Positions 23,792 to 33,998 of a stretch of 64,000 nt of DNA are shown piece by piece (position 1 is the stretch's first letter; each line of letters opens with the position of its first letter). The DNA is taken from assembly GCA_963836185.1 (NCBI GenBank), contig CAWIIQ010000002.1, forward strand, positions 1 to 64,000. Direction: 5' to 3'. The translations under genes and the position numbers were made by a program. The DNA comes from Candidatus Krumholzibacteriia bacterium. GTDB lineage: Bacteria > Krumholzibacteriota > Krumholzibacteriia > Krumholzibacteriales > Krumholzibacteriaceae. Below the pieces are notes generated by a model. The model was not told the origin of the DNA, did no database searches, and saw only the letters and a program-made list of their open reading frames with translations.

Positions 23792-23819
23792 TTGTATTTT
23801 CGGATATTTGTGGTATATT
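23792..23819 (+). promoter_or_regulatory. Putative sigma70 promoter (extended -10) upstream of the RRM gene
   Basis: TTGTAT-16 nt-TATATT, with TG immediately upstream of the -10. Confidence 0.5.
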
Positions 23820-23985
23820 CTCCGCGAAACGGATGGATTCGGGATTGATTTGTTTCAGTTGACCGAAAAGGACGATGAACGAGACCTGTCTAGTTGATCT
23901 TCTCTATTAGGGGACCTGGTAATATTCCGGAAAAATATCTGTTTGGTGTTTTTTTCGTTTAAGGCCTACTAGGAGGCTACTTGGT

Positions 23986-24291
23986 ATGAAGATTTATGTA
24001 GGAAACATGTCTTTTGACACGGAAGAAAGCGATCTCAGGAAAGCTTTCGAAGAGCACGGATCGGTTGATTCCGTAGCCATCATCACAGACAGGGACACTG
24101 GCCGTTCCAAGGGATTCGGTTTCGTCGAGATGTCTGATGACACTCAGGCTCAGACAGCTATCGACAGCATGAACGACAAGGAGTTCATGGGTCGTACGCT
24201 CAAGGTCAACAAGGCACGTCCTCGCAACGACAGCCGTGGTGGCGGCGGTGGCGGACGTGGCGGCGGCGGCGGATTCGGTCGCGGCTACTAG
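23986..24291 (+). CDS. RRM (RNP-1) RNA-binding protein with Gly-rich tail
   Basis: AGGAGG RBS; KIYVGNM (RNP2), KGFGFVEM (RNP1), RGG-rich tail. Confidence 0.95.
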   Translation: MKIYVGNMSFDTEESDLRKAFEEHGSVDSVAIITDRDTGRSKGFGFVEMSDDTQAQTAIDSMNDKEFMGRTLKVNKARPRNDSRGGGGGGRGGGGGFGRGY

Positions 24292-24352
24292 AGCTTATAG
24301 CTCGATAGCAACCGGGAGCTGAAAGACAGGGCGGCTCACCGGTCCAAATAAA

Positions 24353-24389
24353 GAGGGAAGCCGGCTATCCGGCTTCCCTCAATCTTTTT
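24353..24389 (+). terminator. Rho-independent terminator between convergent genes
   Basis: GAGGGAAGCCGG-CTAT-CCGGCTTCCCTC followed by AATCTTTTT. Confidence 0.75.
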
Positions 24390-24415
24390 CAGAGCTGATT
24401 TTTCCGAGAAGATGT

Positions 24416-24910
24416 TCAGACCGCGTCGCCAGCCGGTTCCCATTTCTCTGACAGCGCCGAGCAGATGTACTCGAGGAGTTCTCTGTCATCCCAGGAGAAG
24501 GGCCCGAGTTCGTGCGAGTCTATGTCTAGCTCGCCTACGATCTTCCCGTCGCTGAATATCGGAACGACGATCTCGGAAGTCACGTCGGGCGCGCAGGAGA
24601 GATAGTTCGTCACCTTTGTCACATCCTGGATGATGATCGTCTCCCCGGTCGCGGCAGCCTGTCCGCAGATCCCTTTGCCGAAAGGGATCCTCACATGTTC
24701 GGTCTCGGCTCCGACGAAAGGCCCGAGCACGAGCTCTTCCTTGCTCATATCCTCTACGAGATAGAATCCGACCCAGTCGTAATAGTCGATCTCATTCGCC
24801 AGAATATTGCAGATGCTTTCGAGCTTTCTTTCAAGTGAGCCTGGACCGGCGAGAAGTTTGTCGATGTCCATCCGGATCGATGCAAACAGCGTTTTCTTGT
24901 CTTCCATCAC
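24416..24910 (-). CDS. GAF-domain protein, free methionine-(R)-sulfoxide reductase (MsrC/YebR-like)
   Basis: WVGFY, LGPFVG, IPFGKGICG, YLSC...SEIVVP, ELDIDS. Confidence 0.8.
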   Translation of the reverse strand: MMEDKKTLFASIRMDIDKLLAGPGSLERKLESICNILANEIDYYDWVGFYLVEDMSKEELVLGPFVGAETEHVRIPFGKGICGQAAATGETIIIQDVTKVTNYLSCAPDVTSEIVVPIFSDGKIVGELDIDSHELGPFSWDDRELLEYICSALSEKWEPAGDAV

Positions 24911-25018
24911 ATTTTCCTTCTGTTAGACGTTCAAGGTCCCCGGATAATAACGCAAATGTCGTACCAGAATCGTATCTGGCTTGACTAAAGGGGCTACTGC
25001 CTGCATCAGGATCCAGTT

Positions 25019-26638
25019 CTACGGGCCAGGCTTGTGGTGGAACCCCAGGTCGGCCATTCCCGCGTCGAACACATCGTCTGTCCGCGTGGTTCTTGAGTCC
25101 AGGCCGTGCGATACCGCTGCGCTGTTTCCCATATCGATGCACGGGCTGTCATAGTTTTGCCCGGCCGCTGTATGGGAGAGATAGTAATATCCTGAAAATC
25201 CGGAAATAGCGAACAGCGGATCACTCCGCATGTTGTTCGTTCCGATGGGAAAAAAGCCATCCTGGTCGATGTCTGTGTAAGTAACGGTGGCGGTTGCGCC
25301 GGATATGTTCTGGATCTGCGGCGATCCTACCGTGGAATTATTGCCCCAGAGGATGCTATTTGTCACCGTCAGTGAGGCAATCGGGAAGACATTATAGATT
25401 CCGGCGCCCTCCCTCGCTTTATTATAGGCGAAGGTACAGAACTCGATCTCTATACTGGCAGCATTGTTGAATATCGCACCTCCAGCCTTTTCGCTATCGC
25501 CGTTTGAATAGAAGAGGCAGTTGAAAATGCGAGGAGTGGAACCTATATGGTACAGTGTGTGGAGAGCGGAGACACCGTTTTTAGCTACGATGCAATGCTC
25601 CATCCGGAACGAGCTGAGATGCAGGAACAGAGCTGATCCTGCAGCCGTAGCTTCGTTAGTATGAAAGTTGCAGTCTCTGAACTCGATGTTCGACAGTTCC
25701 GTTGCGATCCCGCCGCCCCTGGTCGCGGTGTTAACGCATATCGTGCAGTCACTGAAATCTGTTATTAATTCTAATGCTTCGCCGTTGTAGACGTATATGC
25801 CGCCGCCGTTGTTGTCGGATCCTGCGAGGCTGTTCTCGCAGATCGTCGATCTGCTGACATCAGCGCTCGAATTATAGAGAAGCAGGCCTCCGCCGTTGTT
25901 GCCTGAAGTGTTGTAAATGATCGAGCATGCGTCAATCTCAGCTCTCCCTGCCATGATGCTGATACCTCCGCCTCCAGCCTCGTCGATATCTGCCTGATAA
26001 GTGAGATTGTCGTCGATTTGACATGAGTCTATGACCACCGTATCACCCTCTGCATAGATCCCGGCGCCCAGGTAGGCTTCGCATTGGCTTATGTTGCATC
26101 GAGCGATCCTCATCTTCGCGTTCAGGCAGTATATCCCGCCGCCCCTCATCTCCGGGTCGGATAAAAGGTTTGTTGCTCTCCCTCTAGCCACCCTTATTCC
26201 GTGAAGCAGGGCACTGTCTGCGCCGGTCACTACATGATAAAGGGTATCACCACCGCTGAATGTCGCACGATCATGATGATCTCGCTGCGAGAGATCGGTC
26301 TCGCCGCCTGCAAATCCGCCGTACAGCGCTACGCCCGCCTTGAATGCTACTACAGGCTCGTGCCTGTTCCCGGGGCCGTAGAATGTGCTCTCGGCGACCC
26401 AGATCTGGTCGCCTGCGGATGCGGCGTCCATAGCGTCTGACGGATGTATAAAGGCGTTTCCCCAGCTTCTGCCGCTGCCGGTCCCAATCGCGTCGTTGTC
26501 GACGTACCAGGTACGCGGGCCCGAAGGATCGTCGTCTCCGCCGGGAGCGGTCGTGCTGTCGGAACCGCAGCCTGTGATCAGCAGAACAGCCAGTAAGGAT
26601 AAGACTGCGGGCAGAAGGCCGAAATCGCGGCGATTCAT
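25019..26638 (-). CDS. Lipoprotein with right-handed parallel beta-helix (pectin-lyase/Pmp-like GGxI repeats)
   Basis: AGGAGG RBS before ATG 26638; lipobox LITGC; WYVD...GxSWxxAF, LYGGFAGGE, repeated N...GGGI; C-terminal SPCIDMG...DLG. Confidence 0.8.
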   Translation of the reverse strand: MNRRDFGLLPAVLSLLAVLLITGCGSDSTTAPGGDDDPSGPRTWYVDNDAIGTGSGRSWGNAFIHPSDAMDAASAGDQIWVAESTFYGPGNRHEPVVAFKAGVALYGGFAGGETDLSQRDHHDRATFSGGDTLYHVVTGADSALLHGIRVARGRATNLLSDPEMRGGGIYCLNAKMRIARCNISQCEAYLGAGIYAEGDTVVIDSCQIDDNLTYQADIDEAGGGGISIMAGRAEIDACSIIYNTSGNNGGGLLLYNSSADVSRSTICENSLAGSDNNGGGIYVYNGEALELITDFSDCTICVNTATRGGGIATELSNIEFRDCNFHTNEATAAGSALFLHLSSFRMEHCIVAKNGVSALHTLYHIGSTPRIFNCLFYSNGDSEKAGGAIFNNAASIEIEFCTFAYNKAREGAGIYNVFPIASLTVTNSILWGNNSTVGSPQIQNISGATATVTYTDIDQDGFFPIGTNNMRSDPLFAISGFSGYYYLSHTAAGQNYDSPCIDMGNSAAVSHGLDSRTTRTDDVFDAGMADLGFHHKPGP

Positions 26639-26847
26639 CGAGGACCTCCTCGTAAAGACCGATTGCGATTTGTCTGAATGGTATATGACCGGCCGATTCA
26701 CCGGCCATCCCCTTGAGTTATTGTATCACAGGAAAGCAGGCAGTCAAGATTTAGACAGTTTAGCTAGCGGATAAGTATCATCCGAGTTGATCCCCGCCTC
26801 GAATTCGTCGTCTACGAGGAATCTGACCGGTCTGCCAGGTTGGACGC

Positions 26848-26898
26848 AAAACGGGGACCCTTCCGTTTCCGTTGCCGGTAGCGGAAAGATCCCCGTTT
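26848..26898 (-). terminator. Terminator-like hairpin after the SWGAIK protein gene
   Basis: Minus strand reads AAACGGGGATCTTTCCG...CGGAAGGGTCCCCGTTTT. Confidence 0.6.
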
Positions 26899-26914
26899 CT
26901 GAAATGCGGTCTGT

Positions 26915-27499
26915 CTAGCGGCCGATCTGCTTGATAGCGCCCCAGCTGTTCTCCTCATTGCCGACGGCGCATTCATGGATGAGCACACCGTTGGTGATGA
27001 TGAAGTTGCAGCCCATCACGTCGATAGAGACCCACTCGGGATTGTAGTCCCATACGATGAAGTCCCATGCTACGTGCTGTACTTCAGGGAAGATGTCGCA
27101 CTCGTCAAGAAAGATCTCCCGCTCGATATAGAGGGCCTCGTCCTCGCCGGGAAGCGGAGGGAGTTCCTCGCCGTGGCCGAGAGCCGACCATGCGCCGTTC
27201 GTATAATTGAAGGCGACGGTGATGTCGGTCGTGCAGGTCGGGTCCATAGCGACCCAGTCGAATTCGATATGGACGATCTTGCCGCGTTCCTCGTCATACG
27301 GATGATCGTAGAACCACTGGTTGATCCAGTTTGAAGGATAGACGTACCACGTACCGTTCTCGTACCCGGTTCCGCCTCCCTCGAGGACGATTCCCGATCC
27401 TACGGTCACGAAAAAATCGTCGATGACCTGCTGGGCCGTGGCAGGCACGGTGCCGAGCAGGAGCAGTCCAAGCATTAATGCGATAACAAATCTCTTCAT
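26915..27499 (-). CDS. Secreted protein of unknown function ending in AV...SWGAIK motif
   Basis: GAGGTG RBS; signal peptide MKRFVIALMLGLLLLGTVPATA; C-terminus AVGNEENSWGAIKQIGR. Confidence 0.75.
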   Translation of the reverse strand: MKRFVIALMLGLLLLGTVPATAQQVIDDFFVTVGSGIVLEGGGTGYENGTWYVYPSNWINQWFYDHPYDEERGKIVHIEFDWVAMDPTCTTDITVAFNYTNGAWSALGHGEELPPLPGEDEALYIEREIFLDECDIFPEVQHVAWDFIVWDYNPEWVSIDVMGCNFIITNGVLIHECAVGNEENSWGAIKQIGR

Positions 27500-27768
27500 T
27501 GATGTACACCTCATTCGTCAGGCTCTGAAGTAATTCCGCGACATCTTTTCCCCTCCTGGCGCATCGAGATATCCTGCGTTTACCTCCTTGTCGGCTCGAG
27601 TCACATCTTTAAAAACATCGGCGGCGACCCGGCAGGACCCGGCAGGACCTGCAGGCTGACCTTTTATCACTAATAATTGTAATCTAACTGGCGAGGGCTG
27701 TATTATAGCATATTGCGCTATGGCGTGTAAACAAATAAGTTACATATGATAATAACATAGCGAAAGGG

Positions 27769-30736
27769 TCAGTTTTTGCTGATCGCCGCTGCGCTGTTAC
27801 GGCCGTCCATCATCACCGTGAGGGGGGTCTCGGTCCTTACATGGATGAAATGATCCGGTCCGCTCGATCTCAGGGAGGCCGGAAAGGTACTCCCAGTCTA
27901 CGAAACTGTCCTTCGATGCGTGCGGGACGGAGAAGTAGCCTACCCCTTTCGAGGTGACGTTATGGAAGAAGTGTGAGCCGAGCGAGGCGTCAAAATGGAA
28001 GTCCTCGAGTTCCACTTCGGCGATTACCTGCGCGTTTGATATGTCCGACCACCTGACGGGGATCCCGAGGAACCTGTCCCTTGTCCCCCATCGGCCGGGA
28101 CCGAGGAGGATGTATTTCTCGCCGCGTTCTCTCATCTTCGCGTTGAGTCTTTCGAGCTCGGCCTTCATCTCGACAGTCCTGCTCCTGTCGAACTTCCCGA
28201 TGTCTGCGTAGATGATGTGATGGAGATCGCGGATGATACCGTTGCCCATCGCGTGCTCGGAATAAAGGATCATATCTTCCCGGTCGATTCTGCCGAGGTC
28301 GAGCCTGTAATCCTTCATGTCCCCGAGCAGGGGTTTGATCTGCAGGATGTAGAAGTTGCTCCTGCCGTCCGCTCCCTTGTCGAGGTCGACGGCGAATTCG
28401 ATCTGGACCGGCATTCCCATCGAACTGGTGATGATCTCGAGTACCGCTTCGAGGATCTGGGAGAGTGGGAAATGTCCATATTTCAGGACGGAGGCGAAAT
28501 TCACGACACGGGGGCCTGTTTGATGCGATCCCGATTTCAGGCTCCCCGAGTTCATGTCCCAGACCGAGATCAGGTGTTCAGCGGTCCCGTCACTTTCCGC
28601 CTCGGAGATATCGAGCGTTGTGATCGTGGCGTCGCTTCCCGACAGCAGATCGAAATCAGCGTTATCGAGGTCCACCGCGTAGAAGCGCGTCTGGGACTCC
28701 TTGAGCATATCCTCCTGTGAGATGAAATCCATCTTCGGGTATTTCGGGCAGAATCGCCACGACCGTTCACCTTCGACGACATATTTTCCCATTCCCAGCC
28801 CGAGAAGGGCGATGCCGTCCTCCGGCTTGAGATATGAGACGGGGTAGTAGTTGTAAGACTGGGCGAGGCCCGAGATATGGGGGTAGAACCTGCCGCCGTG
28901 CTTCGTTCCGGCAACGCCCTGCAGCAGGACAGCCATCTTCTCCTCGCCGATCTTGTAGTTGACCGCTTCGAGGTAGGAGCGTGCGTCGCTCGAGTATACG
29001 GAGGCGTAGACGAGCTTGACAGCTTCCTCGAGATGTCTTTGTCGTACGCGGGGGTCCGGGTCGTTATTCGGAAGAAAGTATGTCTCGTAGATGCCCGAGA
29101 ATGGCTGGGATTTCGAATCCTCAAACAGGCTCGACGACCTTACCGCGAGCGGATAATCGGCATGCCTGAGATACAGGGCGAGCTTCTCCCTCAACTCGTC
29201 GGACAGTCCGGCTTCGAGAAAGGCCCCGGTGACGTCATCCGGCTCTTCGCCTCCGGTCAGCTGATCGACGAACTCGTTGTCGTCCATGAACCGGTCGTAT
29301 TCATCGGTTCCGATGATAGCGGTGCGGGGGATGATGACATTTACGTCCGGGTGGATCGTGAAAAGCTCCCGGTTCTCGATCATCATATTGAGGAAGACCA
29401 TCCCCCGGCCCTTGCCGCCGACCGACCCTCCTGAGAGCTGGAAGAGGTTCTCCTCCCCGGATACGACCGATTCGTCGAAATGGATGACCTTGCCCCTCGT
29501 CTTCTGCCGGTGGACGATGTCGCAGATCTCGATAAGGTGCCTTCTCAGGTCGTCGTAAGATGGGAAATCGGATATCTTCAGCGGTTGGATGAACTTGGCG
29601 ATCTGGATCTCGCCCCTTGCCATCAGCCAGCTCGAGAAATGGTTTCGATCGGAGTGATAGATCAGGGATTCGTCGGGGACGGTATGGAGGAGGTCCCTGA
29701 ATTCGGCCATCTTCGCCGCCTTCGCGATCTTTGTCCCCGACCTGTCGCGGAAGACGAAATCCCCGAATCCGAGGTTGTCGAATATAAAGGATGTCAGGTC
29801 GTGCGCGAGGTTATCGGAATTCTTGTCAAGAAAGGAAGAGCCCAGCCCGTCGGCCAGGGAGGCGTTCTCCGGATTTGACGACTGGAGCAGGACCGGCAGG
29901 GAGTCGATCTCTTTCTTGAACTTTTTGACCAGCTTTATCCCGGCCCGTTCGTCGACCTTTCCCTTCCGCGGGAATTTCACGTCGGAGATGACGCAGAGGA
30001 GGTAGTCGCGGTACCTGTCGAATATCTCGACAGCCTCTTCGTAGGTCGCCGCTATCAGCACCTTCGGCCTCGTCCGCATCCGCAGGAGCTTTTTCATCTC
30101 ATCGAGGTTCTCGTCGGCGATCAGTTTCTGGGTCTGTTTCATTATCTGCGTGTTGAGGACCGGGAGGTAGCGTGAGTAATAGTGTATCGAGTCCTCGACG
30201 AGGAGGATCACCCGCACCAGCCCGATCCGCGTGTCGTTGACGACATTTATCTTGTCCTCGATATATTTGATCATAGCGAGCAGGACCTTCGCATCCCCGT
30301 TCCATGTGAAGATCCTGTCGAAGAGGCGGAGGCGTTCCCCCTCGTTTTCGATGAGGGCGAGGTCCTTGTCGTCGCTCAGCAGGAGCAGCACGGGGATATC
30401 TGCCTCCTTTTCCCTGATCTTCGTGCAGAGCTCGAAGGGGCTCATCTCATCGATTCGCATCGTGAGGATCACCATGTCGAACCGGCGCTTGTCGAGCATC
30501 GCGAGAGCTTCCTCTCCGAAGGCGACGCTCGTCACGCGCGGAGCGGTCGAGAGGTTGAGCTGGTAGTACTCTCCGAAGATCAGCTCGGTGAGCTTGCCCT
30601 CCTGCTCGAGGATGAAGGCGTCGTAGATCGTGGCGACGAGCAGGATCTCCCTGACCCTGAACTGCATCAGGTCGTGGTAGATCTCGTCGTCAGACTTGTA
30701 GCTCGTAAAGAGCCTGGAGATCATCTCCTTGTACAT
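27769..30736 (-). CDS. PEP-synthase/PPDK N-terminal (ATP-grasp) domain protein with N-terminal receiver-like domains; frameshift near 27855
   Basis: ILLVEDS and CVISD receiver-like segments, GGKGRG, AVRSSSLFED...FSGIYET, IEFAVD, GPGRWG, SHFFHN. Removing one G gives the expected tail HFIHVRTETPLTVMMDGR with a stop at 27769. Confidence 0.8.
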
Positions 30737-30958
30737 GGCGCGGTCCTCGGGACGGTGTGACGGTCAGTGTACGGACTGGGAGTGTATGTCAAAGGGCGCC
30801 AGCAGTCAACCTGCAGGCTCAGGGAGGATGGCCCTCATGACCGCCCGCATTATCGTGGTTTTTTCGCATGACAGCCTCTGAAAAGGCCGCTATAATGGCC
30901 GGGTTGCAAAAACTGTAAACAGAGACCTCACTGGATAGATCTTTGGAAGGAGACTCAG

Positions 30959-31528
30959 ATGTCGAAGCGGATAATCGTATTGACCCTCGTTCTTCTCGTC
31001 CTGGCGGCGACTGCCGTGATGGCGGAGCCGGTCCCCGACAAGTGGATGCTCACGCCAAGGTTTGGATATGTCTGGATGACGAGTAACGATGATGGCGATC
31101 CGTTTGAGGGTATGTCCGCGACCCTGGCGATAGAGCACAATATCTACGGTCAGCACTATGCCCTCGGCCTGATGACGGGATACGGCTGGGCGACGGACGA
31201 GATTACTGCAGAGACCGGCAACTTCGATATCGATCACACGTCGATCCCGATACTGGCGACATTCAAATATATGTTCGGCAACCAGAGGTTCACCGGGCAT
31301 CTCGGCTTCGGGATGGGTGTACACATATCGTCGACTAAGGCCCCTGATGTCACCTATGAGGAGGAATCGACTACCGGATTCGCGATGGCGTTTCCCCTCG
31401 GAGTGATGTTCTGGGTCACGGAAAATATCAATATAAACGCGGCCTACCAGTTCAACTGGATGCTGAGCAGCTATCTGTCTGACGACGCGTCGCAGTCGGC
31501 CAATCTCGGAATCGGCTTCCAGTTCTAG
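30959..31528 (+). CDS. Small outer-membrane beta-barrel (OmpA/OmpW-like)
   Basis: AAGGAG RBS; signal peptide; about 8 amphipathic strands; terminal Phe (GIGFQF). Confidence 0.75.
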   Translation: MSKRIIVLTLVLLVLAATAVMAEPVPDKWMLTPRFGYVWMTSNDDGDPFEGMSATLAIEHNIYGQHYALGLMTGYGWATDEITAETGNFDIDHTSIPILATFKYMFGNQRFTGHLGFGMGVHISSTKAPDVTYEEESTTGFAMAFPLGVMFWVTENININAAYQFNWMLSSYLSDDASQSANLGIGFQF

Positions 31529-31543
31529 ATCGCAGATCATTTT

Positions 31544-31572
31544 CGGGGCGGGTCATTGTCTGGTCCGCCCCG
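31544..31572 (+). terminator. GC-rich hairpin, probable terminator
   Basis: CGGGGCGGGTCA-TTGTC-TGGTCCGCCCCG with a weak U-tract. Confidence 0.45.
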
Positions 31573-31716
31573 GAGTTTCAGCCTCAATCGTGGCACGATT
31601 TTTATATTGATATTACGCAATGGGATGATGGATACTGTTCCCGTGAACCGGGGATCTCTTATGATCAGGTCCCTTCGTTCTTCAAGACGCTGTTTTTACA
31701 ATGGAGAGGAGACGTA

Positions 31717-32616
31717 ATGAAAGGTTCATTATTCTGTCTGCTGGCTGTGGTCCTTCTCACGAATATCCTGCCTGTTGACGTTTCGGCCGAAAAGCCGGTC
31801 GTCTACACGGTCAACTACCCGCTCTACTACTTCGCTTCGCGGATAGCGGGAGACGCGGTGGAGGTAGTCTTCCCCGCGCCGGAAGATATCGATCCCGCGT
31901 TCTGGATGCCGGACGCTGAAGAGATCGCCGCGTTCCAGAAGGCCGACATGATACTACTCAACGGCGCCGGTTATGCGAAGTGGATCCCGGAGGCGGCTCT
32001 GCCGGAAGACAGGATGGTCAATACCTCGGAGTCATTCAGCGACAGGTATATAAAGACTCGCGGAGATGTGACACACAGCCATGGCTCCGCCGGTGAGCAT
32101 TCACATGCCGGCATCGCATTTACGACATGGCTCGATCCCACCCTCGCCGTCATCCAGGCGAACACGATCTACGAGGCGCTCCTTAAGATGATGCCAGGCA
32201 GTGAGAAGGAACTGAGCAAGAATCTCAAGTCGCTGAAGAAAGACCTCGAATGGCTCGACGCGGAGCTCGAGCAGGTCGTGGCGGGAAAACAGGGAATGCC
32301 GGTGATCATGTCTCATCCCGTCTACCAGTACCTCGCAGGGCGGTACAGCCTCAATTTCGGAAGCCTGCAGTGGGAGCCGGGCGAGTATCCGCCCGAGGAG
32401 GAATGGGCAAGGGTCGCTTCCGTGCTCGAGAAGTATGACTACCAGGCGAAGTGGATGATCTGGGAGGGCACTCCTCTCGAGAAAACGGCGAAGAAACTCG
32501 AATCGCACGGGATCGGCAGCACGGTCTTCGATCCATGCGCCAACCGTCCCGCCGAAGGGGACTATATCGATGTGATGAAGGCGAACGTGGCGAATCTGAA
32601 GAAGGTCTATGAATAG
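31717..32616 (+). CDS. Orphan cluster A-I metal ABC substrate-binding protein (ZnuA/TroA-like)
   Basis: VYTVNYPLYYFA, ADMILLNGAG, His-rich loop HSHGSAGEHSH, WLDP, SHPVYQYL, YIDVMKAN. Confidence 0.8.
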   Translation: MKGSLFCLLAVVLLTNILPVDVSAEKPVVYTVNYPLYYFASRIAGDAVEVVFPAPEDIDPAFWMPDAEEIAAFQKADMILLNGAGYAKWIPEAALPEDRMVNTSESFSDRYIKTRGDVTHSHGSAGEHSHAGIAFTTWLDPTLAVIQANTIYEALLKMMPGSEKELSKNLKSLKKDLEWLDAELEQVVAGKQGMPVIMSHPVYQYLAGRYSLNFGSLQWEPGEYPPEEEWARVASVLEKYDYQAKWMIWEGTPLEKTAKKLESHGIGSTVFDPCANRPAEGDYIDVMKANVANLKKVYE

Positions 32617-32862
32617 AGATATATGCCGCTGCCTGCTGAAAGCGGTAGGCGCCCAGGGGCATGCCCTGTGGCTGGAGAGGGGCGAAGGGGGATCTCATCC
32701 CCTCTGACCGATGGTCTCGAGATGATCTCACACGGGGGGCCTTCCGGACATCTTCTGATACGTACCGGTCGCCGCGGACCTTATTTACCTTTCAGGAGAT
32801 CTATGGCCTCCATATATTTATTCATGTGGATCCCGCCATATATCTTCTGAGGAGGGGTAATA

Positions 32863-33849
32863 ATGAGCGACCGGCTTTTTGCCAGCTGGCTGGTGACGGA
32901 ACGCTGCAACTTCAGATGTTCATACTGCTGGATCTTCAAGCCTCATACACGCCGGAAACGTTTTCTGCGAAATTTCAAGAAACTCGTCACTCACAGAAAG
33001 TGGCCCTTGCCGAAGTACGACATCGCCAGGCACCTCGATGACATCATCGACAGATTCAAGAAGACCGGCAGGGAAGTGACCTTCGGGTTTACCGGTGGAG
33101 AACCGCTGGTATATCCCGGCATCCTTGAAATAATGTCAAGGCTCGCCGAGCACGATGAATTCATGCTGGCGCTCGATACGAACCTGGCGATCGGTGACGT
33201 GGGCCGGTTGATGAACGCAGTGCCGCCGGAGAAGATGGAGTACATATTCGCCTCCCTTCACGCCGCTGAAAGAGAAAGGCTTTACGGAAGTTACGACAAG
33301 TTCATCGATGATGTGCTGACACTGAGGGAGGGTGGATACAACATAGGGGTCAGCTACCCTCTGCCTCCGTATCACTATGACCGGTTCAGGGCCGATATCG
33401 AATACTGCGAGAGCAGGGGGATCAAACCGATATTGAGGATGTTTTCGGGGTGGCACGAGGGCAAGTTTTATCCCGAGGCGTATTCGGAGGAAGAACTTCA
33501 GGATATCTTTCTCGGTCTCTCGCCTGAATACAACAGGGAGCGTGCCAACAGGGGGACCCTTTACGGCCGCAGGTGCAACGCCGGGATAGATCTTGTCAGG
33601 GTGCGATGCAACGGCGATGTGATCCCGTGCCTTCACGATTATACCCTGCTGGGAAATGTATTCAGTGAGCTCGAGTTGCGTAAGGATCCCGTCGTCTGCA
33701 GATCGCCATACTGCGGGGCATGGTCTTACGAGACACTGTTCGGTGAGTCCGGGGAGCTGCCCGAGATCGAAGATATACCTCCCATGACGTTCATGGAAAG
33801 ACAGAGGCAGACGTTCAACCAGTTCAAGGGTTGGTGGCAGGGAGACTAG
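32863..33849 (+). CDS. Radical SAM protein with C-terminal Twitch/SPASM-like Cys cluster
   Basis: CNFRCSYC, TGGEP, DTNL, SLH; CNAG...NGDVIPC...CRSPYC. Confidence 0.85.
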   Translation: MSDRLFASWLVTERCNFRCSYCWIFKPHTRRKRFLRNFKKLVTHRKWPLPKYDIARHLDDIIDRFKKTGREVTFGFTGGEPLVYPGILEIMSRLAEHDEFMLALDTNLAIGDVGRLMNAVPPEKMEYIFASLHAAERERLYGSYDKFIDDVLTLREGGYNIGVSYPLPPYHYDRFRADIEYCESRGIKPILRMFSGWHEGKFYPEAYSEEELQDIFLGLSPEYNRERANRGTLYGRRCNAGIDLVRVRCNGDVIPCLHDYTLLGNVFSELELRKDPVVCRSPYCGAWSYETLFGESGELPEIEDIPPMTFMERQRQTFNQFKGWWQGD

Positions 33850-33998
33850 GGTTCTGACCGATTGATAAACCGGGCTGAATCTGATACAATATCCGCCAGA
33901 AAAGCGGCTTTCGCATTCAACACAACTCAATAAATCCGCCGTATCGTATGGCCGCGAGGCCGGCCGTATGCCGGTCCGTGATACAGGGGAGGGCAGAG

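Noticed and set aside
27626-27654. Short tandem repeat GACCCGGCAG, about three copies
   Set aside because: Too short and isolated; likely local slippage with no evidence of function.
31591-31605. TGGCACGATTTTTAT as a sigma54 promoter for the ZnuA-like gene
   Set aside because: The -24 element is good but the essential -12 GC is missing.
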